Assembly: GCA_050173015.1 (NCBI GenBank)
Contig: JBFXLE010000003.1
Location: forward strand, 64,001-128,000
Length of the DNA: 64,000 bases
Reading direction: 5' to 3'
From: Calditrichaceae bacterium
GTDB lineage: Bacteria > Calditrichota > Calditrichia > Calditrichales > JBFXGD01
The translations under genes and the position numbers were made by a program. Of the stretch, positions 31,142-41,818 are shown in pieces. The notes beneath the pieces are model-generated. The model was not told the origin of the DNA. It ran no database searches and saw only the letters and a list, made by a program, of their open reading frames with translations. How positions within the stretch are numbered: the stretch's first letter is position 1; each line of letters starts with the position of its first letter.

Positions 31142-32716
31142 TTACCAGATTACCTTAAATCCGAAATCTATGTTTATAATATTTATATCCCGCCTTAACC
31201 CCAGTCGCACAGGCCCATAATAAGCGGATACGCCTCTTAGCAAATAAAAATGATGTCCCGCGCCAAAATAATCGTACCCTCCGATTTCGCCAAAATTTAG
31301 ACCGGCAACATCATCAATCATATCTGTTAGAATGCCGTAAATTTCAACACGGTCCGCCTGTAAAAAATCAGATAAATGTCTCTCCGCGCGATAGTGCATA
31401 TTCGTTAATGAGACCAAAGGCGATACAATTACTTTACCGAACTTTTTTTCCGCCAGATTCTTCTGATATTTCATGACATTTTGGTGAACAGGAGCTGTTT
31501 TTCTCTCCCGAATTGCCCGGTAAACACCTTCACTGCTCTGATCATTTGTATACACCGCTGTGTAACCCATCCAGGCAAGCCCACTTTCAACATGAGTATC
31601 CGAATCCATGAAAATCGCCATCCGGTCATTCACTTCTTCTGACAAACTCAGGGACATTCTAAATTCCAGTCCCACTCCGGTAACCACCATCCCGTCAAAA
31701 GCCAAATCTTTTACAAGCTTTCCGCCGACACCGAAATTGGGCTGATAAGGATGCGGTGCGATAGCCAGTCCGCCCTGACGGTGTATTTCAGCTATTGTCT
31801 GCTCCGCGGTAAGGCCATGGACGATATACGATTTTAGATATAAACCAAGAATGTGCCCATCACTGGAAGAAATTTCCATACCGGGGATGACAACAAATTC
31901 ATTCGGCAGTCTGCCCGTCTCTTTTAACCGCTTGGCTGCCAGAATAGCCTGATGAGAATCATCAAAATAGTCATGATCCGTTATAACAATGGCTCCAAAT
32001 CCTTTTTGATAAGCGGTAAGGAGCAGTGTTTCCATATCACTGGTACCGTCAAAAGAATGATAGGTATGGACATGAACATCCAACGCGAAATGATCCGCCC
32101 CTTCTTTAACTTTATCAGTTCCGATAATCTTATGCATTAAATTGAGCGAACTGTTTTTTATGAGTTTATCTTCACTCTTTAGCATGAGATAGGGACTCGA
32201 CAATACGTGGTTAGAATTTAAATTTCCGGTAAGAATATGATTCAACGCGACAAGCGTTCCTTTTTGCCTTCTGTAGGAACGGTCGTCTGTCATTCTCCTG
32301 AATTCTTCCTCACGGATTAAAAACTGATTATTATCATAATGCTGAGTGTTTCGGGGATCGTTTATCAGGTCTTGCCTGGATTGGATCCAGTCAAAATCGT
32401 TTCCGTCCTCATATAAATTAAAACGGTCAGTCGATCTCCAGTAGTCATAGGAAATACTTCTGCCATCAAAATTACTGATAAATTTTCTAAAATCGTTCAG
32501 CCCGTCGGTTGCGTTATCCCTGATTCTAAATTCGGTAAACGCATCCATTAAGTCAGTATCATTGTCAAATGAATCGCTTACGTTGTGTGTTATTTCCGTA
32601 ACTGTATCAGTTGGCGACATGACGGGATCTTCGAAGGCATGAACGCGTTCCGGAGCAGCTAACAGCGTGATTGTAACCGCTGATATCTTGAGAGATATTA
32701 TAAATATTTGTTTCAT
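31142..32716 (-). CDS. PHP-domain metal-dependent phosphoesterase with possible signal peptide
   Basis: DVHVHT, ITDHD, PGMEISSSDGHILGL, APHPY, DSDTH; N-terminal segment ending VHA. Confidence 0.75.
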   Translation of the reverse strand: MKQIFIISLKISAVTITLLAAPERVHAFEDPVMSPTDTVTEITHNVSDSFDNDTDLMDAFTEFRIRDNATDGLNDFRKFISNFDGRSISYDYWRSTDRFNLYEDGNDFDWIQSRQDLINDPRNTQHYDNNQFLIREEEFRRMTDDRSYRRQKGTLVALNHILTGNLNSNHVLSSPYLMLKSEDKLIKNSSLNLMHKIIGTDKVKEGADHFALDVHVHTYHSFDGTSDMETLLLTAYQKGFGAIVITDHDYFDDSHQAILAAKRLKETGRLPNEFVVIPGMEISSSDGHILGLYLKSYIVHGLTAEQTIAEIHRQGGLAIAPHPYQPNFGVGGKLVKDLAFDGMVVTGVGLEFRMSLSLSEEVNDRMAIFMDSDTHVESGLAWMGYTAVYTNDQSSEGVYRAIRERKTAPVHQNVMKYQKNLAEKKFGKVIVSPLVSLTNMHYRAERHLSDFLQADRVEIYGILTDMIDDVAGLNFGEIGGYDYFGAGHHFYLLRGVSAYYGPVRLGLRRDINIINIDFGFKVIW

Positions 32717-32773
32717 TTTTAATTTTTAGTTTACAATAAAGTACAAAGATATTTCATCTCATAACACAAAAAT

Positions 32774-33400
32774 TTATTTATTATAAATCCTGTTATGTGA
32801 CTGGTAAACTTCTGTAATCAGTTCTATTCTTCTTTTAATAAAATCGTTTTTTTGTTCCATGCTGACATTAAACAGATTATCAAACAGTGGCTCAAAGAGG
32901 GCATATATCATAACTATCCCGACAAAACTGATAAATCCGTTGATCCTGTCATCATCACAGTCCGCGCCGGGTGATACATGCTGCTCCAGAATGGCGACAA
33001 TATTATGCAATTTTGACTGCAGGTTGGTAGTCCGCGGCGATTTCAATATTTCGATTAAAGCGTCGGCGCCGTTATTAATTTCATAAATAAGAAGTTTCAG
33101 CACTTCCGGATTTTCCTGCCAGAATCGGATAAAGATTTCAATAAGTTTACTTCTGTCAGGAGCCTTCACATGTTGCAACAGGATCTGATAATGCAGATAG
33201 TTAATCATTTTTTTAATATTCACACGGATCACAAGATCGTATAAACGGTCTTTATCATCAAAATGATAATAGATGAGTGAATTATTTATTTCGCAGTATT
33301 CAGCGATTTGACTCACCGAAGTACCGTTTTTGCCGTTCATCGAGAATAGAGTCGTTGCAGCCTGAATAATAGCTGCCTTTGTCCTCTTGGGAGATTTCAT
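32774..33400 (-). CDS. TetR-family transcriptional regulator
   Basis: HTH TSVSQIAEYCEINNSLIYYHFDDK. Confidence 0.88.
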   Translation of the reverse strand: MKSPKRTKAAIIQAATTLFSMNGKNGTSVSQIAEYCEINNSLIYYHFDDKDRLYDLVIRVNIKKMINYLHYQILLQHVKAPDRSKLIEIFIRFWQENPEVLKLLIYEINNGADALIEILKSPRTTNLQSKLHNIVAILEQHVSPGADCDDDRINGFISFVGIVMIYALFEPLFDNLFNVSMEQKNDFIKRRIELITEVYQSHNRIYNK

Positions 33401-33414
33401 TTAGCCCTCACCGA

Positions 33415-34377
33415 TCAGAAAACACTAAAAGAGACGTATTTATCGGGATTTTCTTTGAAATCAGCCGTTAACTCCTCCAGTTCACGGGTCAGATTGAGAA
33501 GTCTTTCATAGAGCTGCTTGTCAGACAGTAATCTACCGGCAGTTCCATCGCCGTGCAGTTTATTCAGCAATGAATCGCTTTTCTGAACAACAGATTGTAT
33601 TTGAGGAAAAAACATTGTGTCTGCAACCACCTGCCCGACCGTACCTTTACCTGAGCGAATATTTCCGACAATCGCTTCGATATCCCGCGAAGTCCGCGTG
33701 ACAGATTTATAGAGCGTGCTGTCATTAAGGAGTTTTCCCAGATTCCCCTTACCGGCGACGAGTTTATCACTCCCCTTACTGACATTTTTCAACAATACCG
33801 CCATATCACTTCCGGCATCTTTATCTTTTATGATTCGGCTTAACACCCCTTCGCCTTCTACAATATCACTGCTGATCGTATTTAGATTATGCAGGATAGC
33901 TTTTAGATCTGAAAGTGTGGAAGTGGCATCGGCAATAAGATTACTCGTATCAATCAGCCATTCACTCTGTATAAATGAACCTTGCTCCAGCGCCAATTCA
34001 TTGGATTTGCCAAGAGAAATATCCACATATTTATCTCCAAGGATTCCCATAGTTTTGATGATAGCCTTTGAAGAAGCGGTAATTTTATCCTGATAATCAT
34101 TATCTATTTTTAGTTCGATTCTTATTCCCCGCTGGTCATCATATTCCGTAAATTTCAGCTGACCGACCACTCCGACTTTCAAACCTGAAAGCGTGACGAA
34201 AGCGCCTGAATTTAATCCTTCTATATTAGGGAGAAACATATAAATTGAGTATTTTGAATCAAATATCTTCTGATTTGATCCGACCATAAAAAATATGAAA
34301 CCGGCCAAAAACATCGAGAGACCGATCATCAAAAACACACTTATTTTAAGGCTTTTATTTTTATTAGATAATTCCAT
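33415..34377 (-). CDS. mlaD: MlaD/MCE-domain lipid transport protein
   Basis: N-terminal TM, GLNSGAFVTLSGLKVGVV, GILGDKYVDISLG, helical tail with G.G.LG.L repeats. Confidence 0.88.
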   Translation of the reverse strand: MELSNKNKSLKISVFLMIGLSMFLAGFIFFMVGSNQKIFDSKYSIYMFLPNIEGLNSGAFVTLSGLKVGVVGQLKFTEYDDQRGIRIELKIDNDYQDKITASSKAIIKTMGILGDKYVDISLGKSNELALEQGSFIQSEWLIDTSNLIADATSTLSDLKAILHNLNTISSDIVEGEGVLSRIIKDKDAGSDMAVLLKNVSKGSDKLVAGKGNLGKLLNDSTLYKSVTRTSRDIEAIVGNIRSGKGTVGQVVADTMFFPQIQSVVQKSDSLLNKLHGDGTAGRLLSDKQLYERLLNLTRELEELTADFKENPDKYVSFSVF

Positions 34378-35113
34378 ATTGTGACATTACCTCAGTTAAA
34401 GCGAATGGAAATTCAGTTTTTTTTTTATCGGATACGGATTCCAAATCCGGCTCACCGTCATATTCAATGACACCTTCCTTCAGCAGCATCATCCTGTCCA
34501 CGATATTTAGGAAGTAGTGGATTTCATGGCTTACGATGAGTGATGTGACATTAAAACGATGCCTTAAATCATCAATAAGACCGACAACCCTTGTGGCCGT
34601 TTGCGGATCAAGCCCGGCCGTCGGCTCATCATACAACATAACATCCGGACCGGAGGTGATTGCGCGAGCGATCGCGACCCGCTTCTTCATACCGCCGCTA
34701 AGCTGGGCGGGATAATAATCTTTAAACGCGTCGAGGTGCAGATATTCCAACTTTTCCATTACACTGTGATATACTTCTTCTCTGGATAGTTTTTGGCTTT
34801 CACGAAGAAAGAACCCTACATTTTCTTCTACCGTCAGAGAATCGAACAATGCGCCTCCCTGAAAAACCATCCCGCATTTTTGACGCAATTTCATCAATTC
34901 ATTGTTTGACAATTTATCAATATTTTTACCAAACACAGAAATTTCACCGGATACGGGCTTAATCAGTCCGAGTAATAACTTCAAAATAGTGCTTTTCCCA
35001 GCGCCGCTGTTACCAATAAGCAAAACACTCTGGCCTTTTTCGATCTTAAACGAAATTTTATTCAATATTTCCTTGCCGTTCAGGCTCAGCTCGACATCTT
35101 TAAATTCAATCAT
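34364..35113 (-). CDS. mlaF: MlaF-type ABC ATPase
   Basis: GNSGAGKS, FQGGALFDSLTV, LSGGMKKRVAIARA, YDEPTAGLDP. Confidence 0.92.
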   Translation of the reverse strand: MIEFKDVELSLNGKEILNKISFKIEKGQSVLLIGNSGAGKSTILKLLLGLIKPVSGEISVFGKNIDKLSNNELMKLRQKCGMVFQGGALFDSLTVEENVGFFLRESQKLSREEVYHSVMEKLEYLHLDAFKDYYPAQLSGGMKKRVAIARAITSGPDVMLYDEPTAGLDPQTATRVVGLIDDLRHRFNVTSLIVSHEIHYFLNIVDRMMLLKEGVIEYDGEPDLESVSDKKKTEFPFALTEVMSQYGII

Positions 35114-35125
35114 TTTTCACTTCTC

Positions 35126-35917
35126 CTAGTAGAGGCTGAGGATTATTTTTGTTAAAAGGAAGTCCATAAAAAGAACAGCAAGTGATGAATACATTACTGT
35201 TTTTGTGGCGGCTCTTCCCATCCCCTCCGCGCCCCCCTGGACCGTATAACCATAATAGGAACTAATTATTCCGATCAATACCCCGTAAAACGGCGGTTTA
35301 ACCCATCCTATAACTAAGTCTTTTATAAAAAGTCCGTCACGCATCGAAATCCAAAAAAATTGAGAATCCACTCCCATCCAGACCACCGACGCAAACCAAC
35401 TGGCGATGATTCCCATGGCATCCGCAAGCAATGTCAGAGGAATCATGATCATTATCGAGGCAAAGACTCTGGGAACAACCAGCCTTTTGATCGGATCCAC
35501 TCCAAAGGCGTGAAGCGCGTCAATTTGTTCCGTCAGCGCCATGTTACCTATTTCAGAGACTACCTTCGCGCCGCTTCTTCCCGCAACCATCAGGCCTGTC
35601 AGCATCGGACCGATCTCCCGGATCACCGATACTGCTACTATACGCCCAAGCATCAATTTTGCTCCAAATGGTTCCAATTTTTTTGCCCATTCTAGCGCCA
35701 GAACCATGCTTGTAAAACTGGTGGCCAGCAAAACGATAATAATAGCCTGAACACCCATAATATAGAACTGCTTCGATGTCTCCCCGGGATATCTGAACGC
35801 ATAATGAAGGGAAGAAAGCGTTTTATATATAAAGCCCACCCAACTTTTTACTTCAACGTAAATATTCTTCAATTTACTCTTAAGGATCAGCATCTCTAAT
35901 TTTGTCGTAATATCCAT
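35126..35917 (-). CDS. mlaE: MlaE-type ABC permease
   Basis: REIGPMLTGLMVAGRSG, EQIDAL..GVDP..LVVPR, GGAEGMGRA. Start at 35917 (AAGGGA SD). Confidence 0.92.
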   Translation of the reverse strand: MDITTKLEMLILKSKLKNIYVEVKSWVGFIYKTLSSLHYAFRYPGETSKQFYIMGVQAIIIVLLATSFTSMVLALEWAKKLEPFGAKLMLGRIVAVSVIREIGPMLTGLMVAGRSGAKVVSEIGNMALTEQIDALHAFGVDPIKRLVVPRVFASIMIMIPLTLLADAMGIIASWFASVVWMGVDSQFFWISMRDGLFIKDLVIGWVKPPFYGVLIGIISSYYGYTVQGGAEGMGRAATKTVMYSSLAVLFMDFLLTKIILSLY

Positions 35918-35936
35918 ATATCCCTTACAATACAAT

Positions 35937-35969
35937 AAAAAGTCCCCCTGCGTTAGCTCAGGGGGACTT
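35937..35969 (-). terminator. Rho-independent terminator between the OMP gene and mlaE
   Basis: AAGTCCCCCTG/CAGGGGGACTT stem with a T-run on the minus strand, just after the stop at 35987. Confidence 0.8.
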
Positions 35970-35986
35970 ATACATCACCCGGAAAC

Positions 35987-36661
35987 TTACTTTCTCAAAG
36001 AAAGATAATAGGTTAAAGAAAAATCAAGACCGATAAAACCCTGATTATCGAAGTTTGCGCCAAATTTCTCTTCGTCTTCGGAAAATACAAAATAATACTT
36101 TCCCTGTCCAGATACCGCTAAATTTTTTGAGATAGAATATTCAACTCCGGCTCCTACGTTCATTCCAAAGCTCGTTTTTGAGAAATCATCTTTACTCTGA
36201 TATTTTGCAGCAACCGCTGTGCCGTTGACACCGTCATTGCTGAATTTCCAGGGATGTAAACCCAAACCTAAACTGACAAAAGGTGAAATATTTCTGTTAA
36301 TTTTTAGATCAATAAACGGACCGTATTTATAAACAATCCCCAAGATGATACTGGGCATCACATAAGCGGGATCCAGATCCGCGTCCGGTTTTTCCGAATC
36401 CACCACATACATCCAGCTATAACTGAATGAACCCTCAACCGCAAGATTTGGGGTAACTCCGTACCTGACTGACACTCCCCAGTTCTGACCGGTTTCAACA
36501 ACATCCTTTAAATCACCGTGACTATCGAAGCTGCCGTTTGATGGGATCATGGCACCGGCAGTCGGTGTGATACCTATTTTACCCGTCCAGTTGCCCGCGA
36601 ATCCGGACTTTGCGATCATTACCAAAAATAGAATTAAGAAAATACCCGTTAAACGGCTCAT
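35987..36661 (-). CDS. Small outer-membrane beta-barrel (OmpW/OmpA-like)
   Basis: Signal peptide, alternating beta strands, PFVSLGLG, FGMNVGAGVEY; GGAGG SD. Confidence 0.8.
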   Translation of the reverse strand: MSRLTGIFLILFLVMIAKSGFAGNWTGKIGITPTAGAMIPSNGSFDSHGDLKDVVETGQNWGVSVRYGVTPNLAVEGSFSYSWMYVVDSEKPDADLDPAYVMPSIILGIVYKYGPFIDLKINRNISPFVSLGLGLHPWKFSNDGVNGTAVAAKYQSKDDFSKTSFGMNVGAGVEYSISKNLAVSGQGKYYFVFSEDEEKFGANFDNQGFIGLDFSLTYYLSLRK

Positions 36662-36805
36662 GATCCACCTCCAGCATTTTGTGATGTGGAAATGTTACTA
36701 TTTTTAACGATTGAATGTTTTTTAAATGTTGTCATTTTATATCTATATAATATTGCCTTATTTTCATCAACATTATTCAAATCTTAAAATCAATATGAAA
36801 AATAA

Positions 36806-36825
36806 ATCAGTGATCACTAACTAAC
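36806..36825. promoter_or_regulatory. Putative TetR operator (copy 4)
   Basis: ATCAGT-GATCACTA-ACTAAC upstream of the OMP gene. Confidence 0.5.
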
Positions 36826-36906
36826 AATCACAGATAAATTTTTACCTTCTTCTTTCTTCTTAATTAATTCAACTCATTTATTTTTCATTTGTGCCGCAAA
36901 AAAAAT

Positions 36907-37497
36907 TTAATTTTCCTTGAATACAATTTTGTCAAGCGTTTCGAGCAAACCCTCGCCACGCTCCTTGATGGAGAATACAAAACCTGAATTACGCCACTCA
37001 AGAATCACCATTCTGAGATATCCCAAAATGACGGTGCTGAGATCATCTGTATTCACATCAACAATGGTTCCCTCGACTTTTGCTTCATCAATTAACTTAC
37101 CAATAAGTCTGAGACGGTTTCTCATAATTTCATTAATTTTGTTCTGAATAGCTTCGTCGGGATCAAAAATATCCTCTGAAAATATGACTGCCGTCATTTC
37201 CGGATGTTCCTGCAAATATTCCATATGCAAAATCGTGATGCGTTCTATTTTCTTCTTAGGCGAAGAAATATTTTTCAGATCTTTTTCCAATTCCTTGCCA
37301 AATATCTTCAGTCGGTCGAGAATACCATATATAATTTCATTTTTATTGCTAAAATGACGGTATATGGCCGGCTCTGAAATCCCTACATTTTTAGCGAGTT
37401 CTCTTATCGATAATGCCGAATATCCTTTAGCGTGGATAATCTTTATCGCTTCGTCGATAATTTGCCGTTGTCTTTCTTCCGTGTTTACTCTAGTCAT
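36907..37497 (-). CDS. TetR-family transcriptional regulator (paralog of 22734..23333)
   Basis: HTH LSIRELAKNVGISEPAIYRHFSNK. Confidence 0.92.
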   Translation of the reverse strand: MTRVNTEERQRQIIDEAIKIIHAKGYSALSIRELAKNVGISEPAIYRHFSNKNEIIYGILDRLKIFGKELEKDLKNISSPKKKIERITILHMEYLQEHPEMTAVIFSEDIFDPDEAIQNKINEIMRNRLRLIGKLIDEAKVEGTIVDVNTDDLSTVILGYLRMVILEWRNSGFVFSIKERGEGLLETLDKIVFKEN

Positions 37498-37634
37498 TTG
37501 GGTTACCTCAATTCATATTGCAGGCGAATTACATTTTTCTGATTTTGTTCATCTTGTCTGCAAGTTCTTCAACGATCTTGTTTCTTAATTTTGCCGCCCG
37601 GCAAATGGTCACCAGGCGGCTATCATAAATAAAT

Positions 37635-40600
37635 CTAACTGACGACATCTGTTTGTACTACCTTATTCTTTTTCCCAAACCCTTTCAGGAAATCCGCGAT
37701 ACTTTCAAATGAATCATATACCACAGGTATCACAATCATTGTAAGGAATGTTGATGCCGTCATTCCACCGATTACCGCGATCGCCAGGGGAGAAAACTTT
37801 TCCGCGCCAAGCGCCAGTTCCAGAGCCAGCGGTGTCATACCGATAATTGTTGAAAACGACGTCATCATGATCGGCCTGAATCGGGCCGCGACGGATTCAA
37901 CAATCGCTTCCCTTCTTTCGGCTCCCTCCTCACGGCGTTGCCTGATAAAGTCGAGCAGAATTATGGAATTGTTCACAACGATGCCCACAAGGAGAATCAT
38001 CGCCACCATCACAATCATCGACACTGTCTTGCCTCCAATCCAGAGAGCAATGGCCACTCCGATCAGACTCAATGGAACCGACATCATCACTGTCACCGGA
38101 TGAATGAATGAGCGAAACTGAGCGACAAGAAGCAGGTAAATGGCGATTAACGCCATCATCATTGCCCCCGTGAGCTCACTTTTCGCTTCACCTAAATCCT
38201 TGTCTTCGCCTGAAAGTCCCACCTTGTAACCCTTCGGGACATTGATTTTTGAAATTTCTTTGGCCACGTCAGCGGTCACAAAATTCAATGCGCGATTCTG
38301 GTGCAGAGCGAGAATATCGAGTGTCGGCTCCAGGTTTTCGGTGGTTACCAATCCCTGCACCATAATTTCTTTACCGTTTACGATACTGCCAATCGGTACT
38401 ACCTGTCCATCCGTGGAGGAGATCGTACGGACCTCATAGGCGTCTTTTTCTCGCTGACGAAATGGTATATCGTATCTGACGCGAATGGGTGTATCATCTC
38501 CCTGCATATCCCGGAACGTTCCTGCAGACATCCCATCGAGAGAACGAACCAATTCATTGGCCGCGCTGACCGGAGTCATCCCCATCTCACGGGCGCGTTC
38601 AGTATCGATTGAAAGTTCGATACTTTTCTGGTCGATACGCCACTCACGATATGGATTTACCACCCCAGGTATCGGTCTGATGATTCTCATGACTTCATCA
38701 CCTAAAGCATTGAGGACTAAAGGATCTTCTCCTTTTACACTGACCATAATAGATGCAGCCGTTGTGGATTTAGCCGTCGCTCCTGATTCCCTTACAACAA
38801 CATTCTGAAGCCCCGGAATCTTCCATATTTTCTCCCTGAGACGGTCCTGGATTTCCCAAATGGATTCCGAGCGTTGCGTACGTGGCGTTAAGGTTAATTG
38901 GATATATCCCTGCGTTGGGCCCTGTACACCACCGCCGCCAAAAGAATGCATACCCGGTTCGAAGCCCATTTGATTCGATATCAGAATCACTTCGGGTTCA
39001 TCGAGAATGATCGCTTCCACCTGCTCCATTATTTTTCCGGTTTCTGTAAGCGATGTACCCGAGGTCGTTTCTATGGTAATATTGGTCGTGCCGGCATCCA
39101 TTTTCGGCAGTAACTCCATACCAAGATATTTTAACATTATGAGTGAACCTACAAACAAGACAGTCATAGTTAAAAACACTAACCACCTTTTGTTCAGTGA
39201 TTTGGAGAGCAATGTGGTATAAAAATCACGTACTTTATCCATCACACGATTCCAGGGCGCCGAAATTTTTTCCGAATATTTTTCAACTTTACCACCGTCT
39301 CTGGTCACCAATGCCGTAAGAATAGGTACCAGAGACAGTGCGACGAGCAATGAAGAAATAAAAGCAATGATCATCGTAGCCGCCAATGGACCGAATGTTT
39401 TTCCTATGAAACCATACAAAAAGAGGAGCGGGAAAAGAACGATTAATGTCGTTAAATTTCCTGCGACGACAGCAAACTGAATTTCCTTTGCCCCCTCGGC
39501 AGCCGCCTGGGTCGCTGATATTTTTCTTTCCCGGTAATGTCTTGTAATATTTTCCAAAACAACTACGGAGGCATCCACCACCATACCAACCGCCAGAATG
39601 ATCGCTGAGAGTGTAACAAGATCCAATTGTACGTTGAATACTTTCATTCCCGCGAATGTAAGCAGAAAGGTCATCGGCATGGAAACGGCAACAACAAGAC
39701 CTCTGCTCAAGCTTCCAAGAAAAAGAAATATGATGATGGCGGCGAGAAAAATAGCCTGCCAGACACCACTCAGCATATTATCTACAATCAACTGAGTAAA
39801 CGAAGCATCTTCCTTTGCAACAATCATTTCAATTTCGGGATAACGCTCATTTAACTCTTCAAACTTTTTTTGAGCACGCACAACAACATCAACGGTATTG
39901 GCATCATCCTGTTTAAAAACCTGCATGGCAATCGCTTCTTTGCCATTTACTCTGAACAGTGAGAGATTTTCGCCTGATCCCTGCTCTACCTTCGCGATAT
40001 CACCGATCAATATCCGCTTACCGGTTGGCGTCGTTATGGGAATTTTTTCAATTTCAGTCATATTCTGACTTTGTTCATCCACACGGAAAGTATACTGCAA
40101 TCCTTCACTCTTGATCTGACCGGCAGGTACACTCACATTATGACTGCGAATCGCGTTAACCACCATGCCAAGATTCAGCCTGTGAGCTTCAAGACGGTCT
40201 CTGTTAATTCTGATTGATATTTCGGGCTCATAACCCCCAAACACATCCACAACGGAAACCCCGCGCACTCTTTGAAGTTCAGGAGCCAGTACGTCTTCAG
40301 CCAGTCTGCGAACATCTACCAGATTTTCACTTATCAAACCCATACTCAGAACCGGAGCATCACTGGTTGAAATTTTCAAAATCTGGGGTTCATCGATCTC
40401 TTTTGGCAGTTTTCCCCGGATTCTGGTGATGGCGTTCTGAACATCTACCGCCGCGATATCGACATCCGTGTCGTAGGTAAACTCCACTTCCACCAGGGAT
40501 AAACCATCCTGTGATGTAGAAGTCACCTTATATACCCCCTCCAGGGTCGCGGCTTCTGTTTCGATTGGATCGGATACCAAATCCGCCACATCCTCCGCCG

Positions 40601-40763
40601 CGGCACCTGCATAAGGTGTCAGAACATTGACCAGCGGCGGTGAAGTATCCGGAAACAACTGAATTGGCAGAGTGTAATACGCAACCGTACCAAATATCAG
40701 CGCAGCAATTGAAAGCGCGTAAATTGTATATTTATTTTTTAACGAAAATTCTGGAAGGCTCAT
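37635..40763 (-). CDS. RND efflux permease (AcrB/AcrD/AcrF family)
   Basis: 1042 aa; GMVVDASVVVLEN, GIVVNNSIILLD, RFRPIMMT. Confidence 0.93.
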   Translation of the reverse strand: MSLPEFSLKNKYTIYALSIAALIFGTVAYYTLPIQLFPDTSPPLVNVLTPYAGAAAEDVADLVSDPIETEAATLEGVYKVTSTSQDGLSLVEVEFTYDTDVDIAAVDVQNAITRIRGKLPKEIDEPQILKISTSDAPVLSMGLISENLVDVRRLAEDVLAPELQRVRGVSVVDVFGGYEPEISIRINRDRLEAHRLNLGMVVNAIRSHNVSVPAGQIKSEGLQYTFRVDEQSQNMTEIEKIPITTPTGKRILIGDIAKVEQGSGENLSLFRVNGKEAIAMQVFKQDDANTVDVVVRAQKKFEELNERYPEIEMIVAKEDASFTQLIVDNMLSGVWQAIFLAAIIIFLFLGSLSRGLVVAVSMPMTFLLTFAGMKVFNVQLDLVTLSAIILAVGMVVDASVVVLENITRHYRERKISATQAAAEGAKEIQFAVVAGNLTTLIVLFPLLFLYGFIGKTFGPLAATMIIAFISSLLVALSLVPILTALVTRDGGKVEKYSEKISAPWNRVMDKVRDFYTTLLSKSLNKRWLVFLTMTVLFVGSLIMLKYLGMELLPKMDAGTTNITIETTSGTSLTETGKIMEQVEAIILDEPEVILISNQMGFEPGMHSFGGGGVQGPTQGYIQLTLTPRTQRSESIWEIQDRLREKIWKIPGLQNVVVRESGATAKSTTAASIMVSVKGEDPLVLNALGDEVMRIIRPIPGVVNPYREWRIDQKSIELSIDTERAREMGMTPVSAANELVRSLDGMSAGTFRDMQGDDTPIRVRYDIPFRQREKDAYEVRTISSTDGQVVPIGSIVNGKEIMVQGLVTTENLEPTLDILALHQNRALNFVTADVAKEISKINVPKGYKVGLSGEDKDLGEAKSELTGAMMMALIAIYLLLVAQFRSFIHPVTVMMSVPLSLIGVAIALWIGGKTVSMIVMVAMILLVGIVVNNSIILLDFIRQRREEGAERREAIVESVAARFRPIMMTSFSTIIGMTPLALELALGAEKFSPLAIAVIGGMTASTFLTMIVIPVVYDSFESIADFLKGFGKKNKVVQTDVVS

Positions 40764-41818
40764 CTTTGCACCTCCTCTAATTCTACAGCAAAGACATTGA
40801 CACTGTCTTTTAAGGAGCCAAGATTAGTAATAGCAACAGTCTCACCATTTAATTTATCCAGCGAAACAGAAATCCATCCATTCTGCTCAATCCCCAGCTT
40901 TACATCCCTGCGAAACGCTTTACCATCATTGATGAGAAACAGATGCGGATTTTTATCACGATTCGCGATCGCCTGGACAGGGACAACTACAGCATCTTTA
41001 TGGGAATCTAGAATATAATCCACCCTGAGCGACGCGCCTTTGCGTAAAATTTGACCATCATTTGTACGTATCGGTGTTTTCACAATAAATGCTCTTGACA
41101 TGCCGCTGGCCACCGGTGAAACTTCTGAAACTTTTGTTTCATATTTTTTACCGCTGTTTTCAGTGACCAGTGCTGTGATTCCTTTACGAATTCCTCTGTG
41201 AAGATCTTCTTCTACCACCTCGGCATGCAGCTCAAGCTTATTGTTCCCTAAGAGTAATATCGGCTGACCCGGCATCACATTTTGTCCCGGTTCAACAAGC
41301 CAGTCCAAGACTTCACCGTTAATGGGAGATCTTTCGATTGTTTTTTCAAGACGTGATTTTGCTTCGGTATAGGCCGCATTGGCCGCAAGATAAGCTCTCT
41401 TACTGGCTTCCCCCTCTTCCTGAGGTATGGCTTTTGCTTCCACCAGCCTCTTATCCGCCTCATATCTTCTCGACCAGTAATCAAAATCAGCTTTTGTCCG
41501 TTCAACCACGGCTTCCAGATCGGGAGCATATATTTTCGCGATCAAGTCACCTTTTCGAATTTGCGCTCCTTCGGGATACTGCAGGGAACCAATGGTCCCC
41601 TGAACCTGAGCAGTCACTTTAACTTCGCTTTCTGAATGAACCGTACCCATATAAGAAAGGACTTTATCCATGTCTTTATGCATGGGCTTAATTACTCTGA
41701 CGGCGACAGGAGGATGGGTGACTTCAGAATTTTCCTTGCTGCAGCCGCTTAATAAAACAGTTATAATTAATAATATTGTCATCGTTAATTTAATTCGCCA
41801 GTTCATCAAGATTTTCAT
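40760..41818 (-). CDS. RND periplasmic adaptor (MFP) lipoprotein
   Basis: Lipobox LSGC; SPINGEV..VEPGQNV; between tolC-like and RND genes. Confidence 0.9.
   Translation of the reverse strand: MKILMNWRIKLTMTILLIITVLLSGCSKENSEVTHPPVAVRVIKPMHKDMDKVLSYMGTVHSESEVKVTAQVQGTIGSLQYPEGAQIRKGDLIAKIYAPDLEAVVERTKADFDYWSRRYEADKRLVEAKAIPQEEGEASKRAYLAANAAYTEAKSRLEKTIERSPINGEVLDWLVEPGQNVMPGQPILLLGNNKLELHAEVVEEDLHRGIRKGITALVTENSGKKYETKVSEVSPVASGMSRAFIVKTPIRTNDGQILRKGASLRVDYILDSHKDAVVVPVQAIANRDKNPHLFLINDGKAFRRDVKLGIEQNGWISVSLDKLNGETVAITNLGSLKDSVNVFAVELEEVQR

Noticed and set aside
37593-37620. GC-rich hairpin after the RND gene
   Set aside because: No U-tract on the coding strand and only one copy seen; not supportable as a terminator or REP
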